NCBI RefSeq assembly: GCF_965214665.1
Contig: NZ_OZ243970.1
Coordinates: 2,640,767 to 2,704,766, forward strand
Source of the DNA: Neolewinella sp.
Lineage (GTDB): Bacteria > Bacteroidota > Bacteroidia > Chitinophagales > Saprospiraceae
Length of the DNA stretch: 64,000 nt
Direction of reading: 5' to 3'
Within the stretch, counting starts at the first letter, position 1. The number at the start of each line of letters is the position of its first letter. The position numbers were made by a program, and so were the translations under genes. Below are positions 7,651 through 17,300 of this stretch, one piece after another. The notes beneath the pieces were generated by a model. That model searched no databases and had not been told where the DNA came from. It was given only the letters and a program-made list of their open reading frames with translations.

Positions 7651-9390
7651 CTAGTTATACCCAGGGTTCTGGGGGAGTACCTCAGTACCCTGCAGGTCGA
7701 TCTGAGCCTGGGGAATCGGGTAGTACAAATCCTGAGGAGCTACAAATTCAGCGCCACGGTACGGCAACGGTAGGAACTGCTGCTCGAAGTCAATGATACG
7801 ATTAAGCTCAGATTCGGCAAGTCCCCAACGACGCAGGTCAAAGAAACGGTGTCCTTCACCACTTAACTCAAGCTTCCGCTCAAAGTAAAGAGCAGTGCGG
7901 GCTTCATCGGCGCTACCGAAGCTATCGTAAGTGTCAATGCTGTAATTAGCAGCATCTTCACCATCTTCCGTTTTGAGGAGGCTAGCGGCGTTGGCAGCGC
8001 GGGAACGCACCTGATTGATAAGTTCACGACCACCTTCTACATCGTCAGTCTCGATCTTTGCTTCAGCAAGCATCAGTAGCACGTCGGAAAAGCGGATGAT
8101 ATTGTAATTCATCGAGCCGTACCCACGAGTCCAGGAGGTACCATCACTGAAGCTGCCTTCCTGGCTAGCGTAATAGACGAACTTCTTGGGGGAGTATGGG
8201 CCACCGTTATCCTGCTTGCGGATCCAATCCTGACCGGGGTGAAGTCCCCAACCTAGATAAGGTACGCCGCGACGTCCAACACTGTGCTCGAGGCGGGGGT
8301 CGACGGGCTCATTGCCCAGGGTATAGGGATCGGCGCTCAGCAGACCGAAGTCAGTCTTCAGGCGGTTGCTCTCACTGTTGTAGCTATTGTCTAACAGGGG
8401 CAGGCCGTCTTCCGTACGAAAAGAGTTGGCCAAGTCGAAGGTAGGCTGGAAGAAGCCACAGCAATTGCCCGGGCCGGTCGAACCGGTGTTGTGGGGAAAG
8501 TTAAGTACGAAGTCAGGGTTGGCTACGTTGGTCGTACCGCTGTTAGCAGCGGCCTGAACGGCAAATACCGATTCCATGCTGTTGTCGAACTCGGCGTTGA
8601 AGGCGTTAGCATAGTTGTCCAGTAGGCCATATTTCTGACCGTTGGCGGTTTGCCCGTTATCAACAACGTTTTGTAGGATCGTCCTGGCATCGTTCCACTT
8701 TTCCTGGAAAAGGTAGGTCTTGCCGAGATATGCTCCAGCTGCCCACTTATTAGCACGACCGGCATCGGGAGAAGTCTCGGGTAGGTTGTCGAATGCATAC
8801 TGAAAGTCGGCCTCGATGTTACCCCAGTTAGAGGTGGAGACGACGGTCTGCTGCTCCTCTACTGTGAGCCCGGGGGTTAAGAAGGGGGCCTGGTTGAAGC
8901 TTATCTGCAACTGAAAGTAGTAGTGTGCCCGCAGGAAGCGAGCTTCGCTCTCGAGTCGAATCCGGTCATCGTCTCGCAGCAGCGGGTCTTCCGACTGCGC
9001 GAGCAGCGTCAGCGTGGCGTTTGCACGGGTTACCCCTTCGAAAAGGCCTACCCAACGGTCATTGGGAATACGGGAAGTGGGGTTTAGCTGATACCGGACA
9101 AGGTCATTGATGTCTGAAAAGTCACCGTCTTCCGTACCCTTATTGGCTTCGCCGCCCTGAATGGAGCCATTAGCCCAATTAGAGGCACCGCCGAAGTAGT
9201 TCCCGCGGCCACCGAGCTGAGCGTAGGCACCTAATAACACTCCTTCAACACCGGCTTTAGTGGCTAGTACTTCCGGGGCAAGTACCCCACGGGGAGATAC
9301 TTCGAGAAATTCGTCACTACAGGTCGTAAGGAGTCCTCCGACCATGGCTGCTCCCAGCAATAAGCGGGGTAGTTTTTTATAAAATCGCAT
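7651..9390 (-). CDS. susD: SusD/RagB family nutrient-binding outer membrane lipoprotein
   Basis: Lipoprotein signal ...GGLLTTCSDEF. Its size (579 aa), TPR-like helical composition and position immediately downstream of a SusC-type gene support the call. Confidence 0.85.
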   Translation of the reverse strand: MRFYKKLPRLLLGAAMVGGLLTTCSDEFLEVSPRGVLAPEVLATKAGVEGVLLGAYAQLGGRGNYFGGASNWANGSIQGGEANKGTEDGDFSDINDLVRYQLNPTSRIPNDRWVGLFEGVTRANATLTLLAQSEDPLLRDDDRIRLESEARFLRAHYYFQLQISFNQAPFLTPGLTVEEQQTVVSTSNWGNIEADFQYAFDNLPETSPDAGRANKWAAGAYLGKTYLFQEKWNDARTILQNVVDNGQTANGQKYGLLDNYANAFNAEFDNSMESVFAVQAAANSGTTNVANPDFVLNFPHNTGSTGPGNCCGFFQPTFDLANSFRTEDGLPLLDNSYNSESNRLKTDFGLLSADPYTLGNEPVDPRLEHSVGRRGVPYLGWGLHPGQDWIRKQDNGGPYSPKKFVYYASQEGSFSDGTSWTRGYGSMNYNIIRFSDVLLMLAEAKIETDDVEGGRELINQVRSRAANAASLLKTEDGEDAANYSIDTYDSFGSADEARTALYFERKLELSGEGHRFFDLRRWGLAESELNRIIDFEQQFLPLPYRGAEFVAPQDLYYPIPQAQIDLQGTEVLPQNPGYN

Positions 9391-9413
9391 GATGGTGATA
9401 TTGCTAGTTGTGA

Positions 9414-12400
9414 TTAAAAGTCAGCGCTGAGCTGAAAGTTGAAACTACGGGTAACGGGGTAGTTGCCCACATCGACGCCGAAGTCAGTATCGGCCGATCC
9501 ACCAACAGCAGGGTCCAGTCCTTCGTAGCCGGTAATAGTGAACAGGTTGTTGCCAGACACCGCTAAGCGCAGGTTAGAGAACGCACCACCGAACGAGCTG
9601 TTACCGAAAGTATATCCCAGGGTCAGGTTGGTCAGACGCAGGTACGATCCATCCTCAACGTAGTAGCTGTTGGACTGCTGCGAAGTACTGAAATTCGAGG
9701 CCTCCTCGTAGATGGGTACTTCGGTATCCCGATTATCCGGAGTCCAGCTATCAAGCACCCGAGTCGAGACAGCCGCGCCGGTAAAGGTGCCGTAGAAATC
9801 AGTAAACCACTTCGAGTTGTTGTAGATTTCGTTGCCAAGGCTGGTGTAGAAGAAAGTCGTCAGATCGAACCCTTGATACATCAACTTGAGGTTAAGACCA
9901 CCCGTAAAGTCAGGCACGGCGCTTCCAAGGAAGGTACGGTCTGCTTCATTGACGATACCGTCAGGTACACCCGTCAGTTCGCCATCTTCATCCCGGCTGT
10001 TATTATCCTCAAAACGGAAGCGACCGGGGGCAGCACCGTCCTGGGTAGGGGCATTTTGTACCTCATCCTCCGATTGGAATAGACCAAGAACCTTGTAACC
10101 AAAGAAGGACGAGAGTGGGCGACCAACCTGATTGCGAACGATGGCCCCGTTGATCCGGGTGCCGAAGCGATCAAAGAAGTCGGTGTCGTCGGTAAATTTG
10201 GTGATTTCGTTCTGCAACACTGCTCCATTTACGGTAAGCTCGAAGCTGAAGTCCTGAGTAATATTATCCCGATAGATCAGCTGAGCATCAATGCCTTGGT
10301 TACGCATACTACCGATGTTGACAACCGGCGCAGTAGCTACGGGGCCAGTGACGGCGGGCAGCGGAAGCTGTACCAGTAGGTCGTTGGTATTTCTGCGCCA
10401 GAAGTCGATGATGAAATCAAATTTGCCGCCTACGAAAGTGGCATCCAAACCGATATTGGTGGTTTCGCTGCCTTCCCACTTCGCCCGTTCAGTACCGATG
10501 CGGCTGAGGTAGAAGCCATTGCTAGCTGAGTTATTACCGCCGCTAATTGGATAGCTACCTTGGCCGATCTGCTGAGAATACAGATTAAAGCGGTTCTCAG
10601 CCTGTACGTTGTTAGAATTACCCATTACACCATAGCCACCACGAATTTTCAGATCAGCTATGAAGCTCTGGTTCTGCATAAAGCTCTCGCTAGTGACGCG
10701 CCAGGCCGCAGAAACGGCGGGGAATACTCCGTAGCGGTTGTCGGACCCGAAGCGGCTTGCTCCATCACGACGCAGTACGCCGGTGAGGTAGTAGCGGTCG
10801 TTCCAGTTGTAGTTCACCTGGCCAAAAACCGAGAAGAACTTACTGGGGATGTTGAAACCACTGCTGGCGGGGTTGGTCGTAACGTTGTTTAGGTTAATGA
10901 AGTTAACCGTCCGGCTGAAGGGATTAATACCAAACGCCCCGCTATTGCGGCCGTTGCCGATACTCAAGGCCTCCACTCCGGCTAGAATGTCTACGTTGTT
11001 CGCGCCAAAGCTCCGCTTGTAGTTTGCGGTATTGGTCCAGGTCCAGTCGTACCCATAGCCCTGGTACTCACCGTATCCGAAACTAGCGTTGTTCTCCGAA
11101 TTCTCGTACGTCTGCCGGTTGTAGTAATTACCGTTGTAGGCTCCGTAGTTACCGCCGATGCTGGAGCGCAGAACAAGTGCGTCGATGGGCTCCACCTCCA
11201 CGTAGAAGTTACCAAAAGCACCGGTGTTGAAGTTCTGGTTATTAGCTACTCCATCACGCTCGGCCACCGGGTTACGCGGGTTATTAAAGCCACGGGCTGC
11301 CGTACCGGCATAACCACCGAACTCATCGTAAATTGGGATGAGGGGGTTCATCCGGAAAGCACCCAGGATACTGTTCTCTTCCCGAGCTACGTTCTGGCCA
11401 CCCCCACCTCCGGTGAAGCCGCGCTGGGTGCTGTATGTAAATTGCAGGTTCTCACCAATGCGCACTCTACTACCCAAGTTGAACTCTGTATTGATACGGA
11501 AGCTATAGCGATCGGCACCGTTGTTCTTCAGGATACCGTCGAGGGTCTGAATACCTAGGCCAACGTAGTAACGTGCGGCCTCGGTGGACCCCTGGAATCC
11601 GAGAGTGTGTCGATTGAGCACCCCGGTCTGGGTAATTGCATCGTACCAATCGGTGCCTTCTTTGTTGGCGCGTACTACCTGATAAAGGCCACCCGCGCTT
11701 GGGTCAACGTTGTAGTTCTCTCTTTCGGCATTTAAATCAACCTCTCCAACCACTCCGTTGCGGCTACCTACTAGGATGTAATCGGGTAGTACCGGAGTGG
11801 CTCCATCGCCGTACTGAGGGTGGCCCCAGCCTTCGTCCCCGGGCTGTAAGCCAGCGTTACGGAAGGCCTCGAAGGTTTTATCCGCATCCTGCTGCGGCGT
11901 AAGCACCGCCTGCCCAGTTCCCGGATCAGTAAATCCAACCAATCCATCGTAACTCACCTGTAGCGGCGAGGGCGTCTTAGCGCCCCGCTTGGTCTGAATA
12001 ACAACTACACCACCCGCAGCCCGGGCACCGTAGATGGAAGCAGAAGAAGCATCCTTGAGTACGGAAGTAGCCTCGATGTCATCGGGGGAAAGGAAGCCAA
12101 TACCACCTACGGGTACACCATCTACTACATATAGCGGCGAGTTACCCCCGAAGGAGCCGAAGCCACGAATACGGATGATGGAGTTCGTCCCGGGCTGTCC
12201 GTTAGTAATGACGGTTACCCCCGCGGCACGGCCCTGTAGTTGCTGCTCTACGTTGCCCGAGGGGACGGCGGCAAGCTCCTCGGTGGATACTGTGGAAATA
12301 GCCGCAGTGGTCTGCCGCTTGGTGGTCGTGGCGTATCCCGTAACGACAATCTCGTCCAGTGCCACACCCTCATTCATCACCACATCCACCACCGTCTCGC

Positions 12401-12662
12401 CACTCAGGGTGACGGTCTGGGTCTGGTAACCGGTGTAGGAAAATTCTAGGTCAACGACGGTTTCGGGTACGGTAATCGAGTAATTGCCGTCAAAGTCAGC
12501 CACCGTACCTACGGTTGTGCCCTTGGCCAAGACGGTTGCCCCTACCAGGGGAAATCCGTCCGGATCGGTGATTGTACCGGTGACAGTTGTCTGCCCGGCT
12601 GCTTGCCCATACGCCAGCGCCGTGCAGAACAGCGCCACGATCAGGCCTAAAAGTCTTCTCAT
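9414..12662 (-). CDS. susC: SusC/RagA family TonB-linked outer membrane receptor
   Basis: Signal peptide, then a carboxypeptidase-regulatory-like domain (TVTGTITDPDGFPLVGATVLAKGTTVGTVADFDGNYSI). A plug region follows (VVTGYATTTKRQTTAAIS...ASSASIYGARAAGGVVVIQTKRG). The protein is 1082 aa and ends in a terminal F. Confidence 0.9.
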   Translation of the reverse strand: MRRLLGLIVALFCTALAYGQAAGQTTVTGTITDPDGFPLVGATVLAKGTTVGTVADFDGNYSITVPETVVDLEFSYTGYQTQTVTLSGETVVDVVMNEGVALDEIVVTGYATTTKRQTTAAISTVSTEELAAVPSGNVEQQLQGRAAGVTVITNGQPGTNSIIRIRGFGSFGGNSPLYVVDGVPVGGIGFLSPDDIEATSVLKDASSASIYGARAAGGVVVIQTKRGAKTPSPLQVSYDGLVGFTDPGTGQAVLTPQQDADKTFEAFRNAGLQPGDEGWGHPQYGDGATPVLPDYILVGSRNGVVGEVDLNAERENYNVDPSAGGLYQVVRANKEGTDWYDAITQTGVLNRHTLGFQGSTEAARYYVGLGIQTLDGILKNNGADRYSFRINTEFNLGSRVRIGENLQFTYSTQRGFTGGGGGQNVAREENSILGAFRMNPLIPIYDEFGGYAGTAARGFNNPRNPVAERDGVANNQNFNTGAFGNFYVEVEPIDALVLRSSIGGNYGAYNGNYYNRQTYENSENNASFGYGEYQGYGYDWTWTNTANYKRSFGANNVDILAGVEALSIGNGRNSGAFGINPFSRTVNFINLNNVTTNPASSGFNIPSKFFSVFGQVNYNWNDRYYLTGVLRRDGASRFGSDNRYGVFPAVSAAWRVTSESFMQNQSFIADLKIRGGYGVMGNSNNVQAENRFNLYSQQIGQGSYPISGGNNSASNGFYLSRIGTERAKWEGSETTNIGLDATFVGGKFDFIIDFWRRNTNDLLVQLPLPAVTGPVATAPVVNIGSMRNQGIDAQLIYRDNITQDFSFELTVNGAVLQNEITKFTDDTDFFDRFGTRINGAIVRNQVGRPLSSFFGYKVLGLFQSEDEVQNAPTQDGAAPGRFRFEDNNSRDEDGELTGVPDGIVNEADRTFLGSAVPDFTGGLNLKLMYQGFDLTTFFYTSLGNEIYNNSKWFTDFYGTFTGAAVSTRVLDSWTPDNRDTEVPIYEEASNFSTSQQSNSYYVEDGSYLRLTNLTLGYTFGNSSFGGAFSNLRLAVSGNNLFTITGYEGLDPAVGGSADTDFGVDVGNYPVTRSFNFQLSADF

Positions 12663-12896
12663 GATCGATAAATGTTAGTGAGTCAGTTGATTAAAGACCG
12701 TGGCGCTAGCCGGCCACGGGTCTATCTAGTGCTAAGGAACCGCTAACATACTGATTTTTGAGAAAACCAAACCCCTCCCTACTATTTGTTTTGTTTGCCG
12801 GCCTACACTCACTCACCTTCTCCCTTTTCACCGGGCACCCAATCCGGTTAACCATCCCCAACCTACTTATCTTAACCCCCCATTTTGCACTCCCCC

Positions 12897-15800
12897 ATGC
12901 GTACCACCCTGCCCCCAATATTTTTTGTCATTCTCCTACTCACCACCGGCTGCGAGCACACCCCCCCTACCTTGTTTGAGCGCATCCCGGCGGCCACGAG
13001 CGGACTCACCTTCGCCAACCGCATCACCGAAAATGACACCTTCAACATCCTCGATTTTGAGTACGTGTACAACGGCGGCGGCGTAGGGGCCGGCGACTTC
13101 AACGGCGACGGACTCACCGACCTCTACTTCTCTGGCAACACGGCCGACAACCGCCTCTACCTCAACGGGGGCGATTTTACCTTCCTCGACGTCACCGAAG
13201 CAGCGGGCGTAAGCGGGCGGGGCCGCTGGTGCAGCGGGGTGGCGGTGCACGATATCAACGGCGACGGCCGCCTCGATCTCTACGTCAGTGCCACCGTGCG
13301 ACCGCAGGGCGCGCTCCGGGCTAACCTACTTTATCTCAATGAAGGCAACCGGGCCGACGAAAACGGTATCCAGGTTCCTTACTTCCGCGAAGTCGCCGCC
13401 GCCGTCGGCATCGCCGATACCTCCCATACTACCCAGAGCGCCTTCCTGGACTACGACCGCGACGGCGACCTCGACCTCTACGTATTGGTCAACGAGATGG
13501 ACAACCGCGCCCTGCCCAACCGCTATCTGCCCAAGGTCACCGATGGCAGCGGGCGCAAGAACGACAAGCTGTACCGCAACGATGGTATCGGCAGCGACGG
13601 GCTGCCCCACTTCACGAACGTGACCCAGGAGGCGGGCATCTTGAAGGAGGGCTTCGGACTAGGCGTAAGCGTCTGCGACGTCAACCAGGACGGCTGGCCC
13701 GATCTTTACGTCACCAACGACTACGTCAGCAACGACCTGCTGTGGATCAACAACCAGGACGGCACCTTCACCGACCACGCCGCCGACTACCTCAAGCATA
13801 CCAGCTACTCGGCCATGGGCAATGAGGTGGCCGATCTCAATGGCGACGGTACCGAGGATCTCTTCAGCGTCGATATGTTCCCCGAAGACAATCTGCGCCG
13901 CAAGGCCATGATGCCCCCCAACAACTACAACGCCTACCTCAACAACGTCCGCTTCAATTACCTGCCGCAGTTTACCCGCAACATGCTGCAACTGGGCGTA
14001 CGCGCCGACGATACCACCCTGGTGTACCAGGACGTAGGCATGCTAGCCGGCGTAGCCGCCACCGACTGGAGCTGGAGCCCCCTGGCCGCCGATGTAGACA
14101 ACGACGGCGACCGCGACCTGCTCATCACCAACGGCTTTCCGCGCGACGTGACCGACCGCGACTTCATGGACTACAACGTGCAGATGAGCCGGCTAGCGAG
14201 CCGCGAGACCCGCCTGGCCCAAATTCCCTCCGTCAAGATCGCCAACTACGCCTACGAAAACGACGGCGGCGACATCCCATTATTTACCAAGCGAATTGCT
14301 GAGTGGGGCCTCGACCACCCCTCCTTTTCCAACGGAGCGGTGTATGCCGATCTTGATAATGATGGCGACCTCGACTACGTCGTCAACAACATCAACGATA
14401 GCTGCTTCCTCTTCCGCAACACCCTCATCGACGGAGATGCCCGGCCCGATAGCACCCACTACCTCTCTGTCGCGCTCCGGGGAAGCGGTATGAACACTCA
14501 GGCCATCGGTGCCCGCGTCACGGTGGAGTCCACCCGCGGCCGGCAAACTGCTTACAACCAACCCGTGCGCGGCTTTCTCTCCAGCGTGACCGATGTGCTG
14601 CACTTCGGTTTTGCGGCGGGCGATAGCCTCGTGGCGGTACACGTCACCTGGCCCGACGGCAAAGACCTTATATATAAAGACGTAGCCTGGGACCAACGTC
14701 TGCAACTTACCCCCGAGCAGGGCCGGCCGGCTCCCCCGGCTACCAACTCTCCCCCCGTAGCGCCGCTACTGGTGGCTACCGAGCTCATGCAGTCGCTGCC
14801 CATGCACCGCGACTGCCTCTTCATCGACTTCAACGTGCAGCCGCTGCTGCCCCATAAGCTCAGCGAGTACGGTCCCGGCCTGGCCGTAGCCGACGTCAAC
14901 GGCGACGGGCTCGATGACGTGTACCGCTCCGGCAGTCACTTCTACCCGGGTCAGCTCCTGCTACAGCAATTAAATAACGCCGGGCAACCCACCTTCCACC
15001 TGGCTGACCCGCTTCCCGTAGATAATGGACCCGAGGAGCTCGGCAGCCTCTTCTTCGACGCCGACGGCGATGGCGATCAGGACCTCTACCTCGTCAGCGG
15101 CGGCAGCGAGTACAGCCTCGACCGCCCGGAGCTACTCGACCGCCTGCTGCTCAACGATGGGGCGGGCAACTTCACCCTGGCCGAAGATGCGTTGCCGAAG
15201 TTAAAGTCCAGCGGCTCCTGCGTGCGCGCCGCCGACTACGACCGTGATGGGGACCTGGACCTGTTCGTAGGCGGCCGCCTACGGCCGGCTCGCTTCCCGG
15301 AACCGGTCGATAGCTACGTACTGGAAAACAACGGCCGCGGGAAGTTTGCACCTGCGTCCCCGCCCGAATTGGCTAACCTGGGACTGGTGTGTGACGCGCT
15401 GTGGACCGACTACGACAACGACGGCTGGACCGACCTACTGATCGCCGGACAGGGCATGCCCCTGCGCCTCTTCGCCAACCGCGAGGGCGTACTGACCGAG
15501 GCCACGCCCGCCTCCCTGAGCGAGCATGTGGGCTGGTGGAACGGGCTGAGCGCCGCCGACTTCGACCATGATGGGGACGTGGACTACGTAGCCACTAACT
15601 TCGGCCGCAACAACCTCTACCAGCAGAACGGGCAAGACTACGTGGGGCTGTACGGCGCCGACTTCGACGGCAACGGCGGCTACGATCTGCTGGTGAGTGA
15701 CTATGTCCTGGCCGAGGACGGCAGCTACCAAGAATATCCCCATAACCAACGCACGGATACGGAGAAGCAACTGATCAGCGTCAAAAAGCGGTACGAGCGC

Positions 15801-16418
15801 CACGATGAGTTCGGTCGGGCCACTATCGGTGAGGTCGTTGCCGGTTATCCCCAGGCCGAGGTCACTACCCTGCGCGCCAACTACCTCCGCTCCGCCTGGA
15901 TCGAAAACCTGGGGAATGGCAACTTCGCCTTCCACGAGCTTCCACGGGAGGCCCAGGTGGCCCCGCTCTTCGGTCTCCAGCCGCTTGACGTGAACAGCGA
16001 CGGCTACGACGACCTAGTGGCCATCGGCAATGACTACGGTGCCGAGACCGGCATGGGTATGCTCGATGCGCTCAATGGGCTAGTACTTCTATACGATCCT
16101 GATCAGAAGAATTTTATCGCTCAGCCGTTAAGGGAGTCCGGCATTTTTGTACCCGGCAACGGCCGCAGCCTCACCGTACTCAACGCCGGCGGCCGCCCCC
16201 TCCTTATCGCTACCGAAAACCAGGGCCCCACGCGCAGCTACCTTACCGCGGACGCAGGTGCCACCTACGTGGAATTCCCCCCCGACGGCCGTCGCCTCAC
16301 CTTTACGCTAGCCGGTAAGCCGGTGGTCGTGGAGGCCTACTGGGGCAGCGGGTATCTGAGCCAGCGGGGCCGTGGGGCGTGGGTGCCGGCGGGAGCGAGC
16401 GATGTACAAGTGAATTAG
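12897..16418 (+). CDS. VCBS/FG-GAP repeat lipoprotein with an ASPIC/UnbV-like domain (CRTAC1-like)
   Basis: Lipoprotein signal MRTTLPPIFFVILLLTTGC. There are many FG-GAP/VCBS motifs (GDFNGDGLTDLY, DINGDGRLDLYV, DYDRDGDLDLYV and others) and a central UnbV-like segment (AIGARVTV...RGFLSSVTDVLHFGF). Start taken at the ATG at 12897. Confidence 0.8.
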   Translation: MRTTLPPIFFVILLLTTGCEHTPPTLFERIPAATSGLTFANRITENDTFNILDFEYVYNGGGVGAGDFNGDGLTDLYFSGNTADNRLYLNGGDFTFLDVTEAAGVSGRGRWCSGVAVHDINGDGRLDLYVSATVRPQGALRANLLYLNEGNRADENGIQVPYFREVAAAVGIADTSHTTQSAFLDYDRDGDLDLYVLVNEMDNRALPNRYLPKVTDGSGRKNDKLYRNDGIGSDGLPHFTNVTQEAGILKEGFGLGVSVCDVNQDGWPDLYVTNDYVSNDLLWINNQDGTFTDHAADYLKHTSYSAMGNEVADLNGDGTEDLFSVDMFPEDNLRRKAMMPPNNYNAYLNNVRFNYLPQFTRNMLQLGVRADDTTLVYQDVGMLAGVAATDWSWSPLAADVDNDGDRDLLITNGFPRDVTDRDFMDYNVQMSRLASRETRLAQIPSVKIANYAYENDGGDIPLFTKRIAEWGLDHPSFSNGAVYADLDNDGDLDYVVNNINDSCFLFRNTLIDGDARPDSTHYLSVALRGSGMNTQAIGARVTVESTRGRQTAYNQPVRGFLSSVTDVLHFGFAAGDSLVAVHVTWPDGKDLIYKDVAWDQRLQLTPEQGRPAPPATNSPPVAPLLVATELMQSLPMHRDCLFIDFNVQPLLPHKLSEYGPGLAVADVNGDGLDDVYRSGSHFYPGQLLLQQLNNAGQPTFHLADPLPVDNGPEELGSLFFDADGDGDQDLYLVSGGSEYSLDRPELLDRLLLNDGAGNFTLAEDALPKLKSSGSCVRAADYDRDGDLDLFVGGRLRPARFPEPVDSYVLENNGRGKFAPASPPELANLGLVCDALWTDYDNDGWTDLLIAGQGMPLRLFANREGVLTEATPASLSEHVGWWNGLSAADFDHDGDVDYVATNFGRNNLYQQNGQDYVGLYGADFDGNGGYDLLVSDYVLAEDGSYQEYPHNQRTDTEKQLISVKKRYERHDEFGRATIGEVVAGYPQAEVTTLRANYLRSAWIENLGNGNFAFHELPREAQVAPLFGLQPLDVNSDGYDDLVAIGNDYGAETGMGMLDALNGLVLLYDPDQKNFIAQPLRESGIFVPGNGRSLTVLNAGGRPLLIATENQGPTRSYLTADAGATYVEFPPDGRRLTFTLAGKPVVVEAYWGSGYLSQRGRGAWVPAGASDVQVN

Positions 16419-16531
16419 ACGCCTGTCGGCTGGTTAGACGGCTTCGCCTGGTTAGACGCTGCGCTGGTTAGACGGTCTAACCAGCCGATAGGCGTCTAAC
16501 CAGCGCAGCGTCTAATGAGCAAAGCGATCTA
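16416..16531. repeat. Composite palindromic intergenic repeat, copy 1 (TAGAC...CTGGT sub-units)
   Basis: Left arm: TAGACGCCTGTCGGCTGGT, TAGACGGCTTCGCCTGGT, TAGACGCTGCGCTGGT, TAGACGG. Right arm: the inverted units TCTAACCAGCCGATAGGCGTCTA, ACCAGCGCAGCGTCTA, ATGAGCAAAGCGATCTA. The symmetry centre is near 16474. The element spans exactly from the TAG stop of the VCBS gene to the stop of pirin. Confidence 0.8.
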
Positions 16532-17248
16532 ATTCATCGGTACTTCCATAGCAAGGATGCGAACCCCTTCAACGCCGGCCTTCACCGCGAAGGCTTCGGT
16601 CGCGGTCACACCCAGTCCGTCGCGCCGCCCGAGCTGCTGCCCGTCGACCTCCGCGCTGCCCTCGAGTACGAAGAGGTAGACGCCGTGGCCGGGCTTGTTT
16701 AGGGTGTAGTCGACGGTTGTGCCGGCAGCGAGGCGGCCGATGCTGAAGTAGGCATCCTGGTGAATCCAGACGGCTCCTTCCACGCCGGCGTCTTTGGGGG
16801 TGAGAACCCGGTGCCAGGCATTGCGCTCCTTCGTCTCGTCCATGTGGATCTGGTCGTAGCGGGGCTCGACGTTACGCCGGTCGGGGAAGACCCAGATTTG
16901 GAGAAACTTGACGTCGCGGTTGGTATGCTTGTTCTTTTCGGAGTGTACCACGCCGGTGCCGGCACTCATGACCTGGATGTCGCCCTCCTTGATCACCGTA
17001 GTGTTGCCCATGCTATCCTCATGCTCCAGGTCGCCCTCTAGCGGGATAGAGATGATCTCCATATTATCGTGGGGGTGGGAGCCGAAGCCGCGGCCGGCAG
17101 CGACCTCGTCGTCGTTGAGGACGCGCAGTACGCCAAAGTGCGTCCGCTCGGGATCGTAGTAGCTGGCGAAGCTGAAGGTGTGGTGGGTGTTGAGCCAGCC
17201 GTGATTGGCGTGGCCGCGGGAGTCGGCGGGGTGGTGGATTGTTTTCAT
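16529..17248 (-). CDS. Pirin family protein
   Basis: MKTIHHPADSRGHANHGWLNTHHTFSFASYYDP...GFGSHPHDNMEIISIPLEGDLEHEDSMGN matches the pirin cupin signature. Start taken at the internal ATG (17248). The upstream ORF extension overlaps repeat units. Confidence 0.85.
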   Translation of the reverse strand: MKTIHHPADSRGHANHGWLNTHHTFSFASYYDPERTHFGVLRVLNDDEVAAGRGFGSHPHDNMEIISIPLEGDLEHEDSMGNTTVIKEGDIQVMSAGTGVVHSEKNKHTNRDVKFLQIWVFPDRRNVEPRYDQIHMDETKERNAWHRVLTPKDAGVEGAVWIHQDAYFSIGRLAAGTTVDYTLNKPGHGVYLFVLEGSAEVDGQQLGRRDGLGVTATEAFAVKAGVEGVRILAMEVPMN

Positions 17249-17300
17249 TGTAGGTACATTTGATGTAGTTGTATAACATATAGAGCAACCGAAGGTTGCG

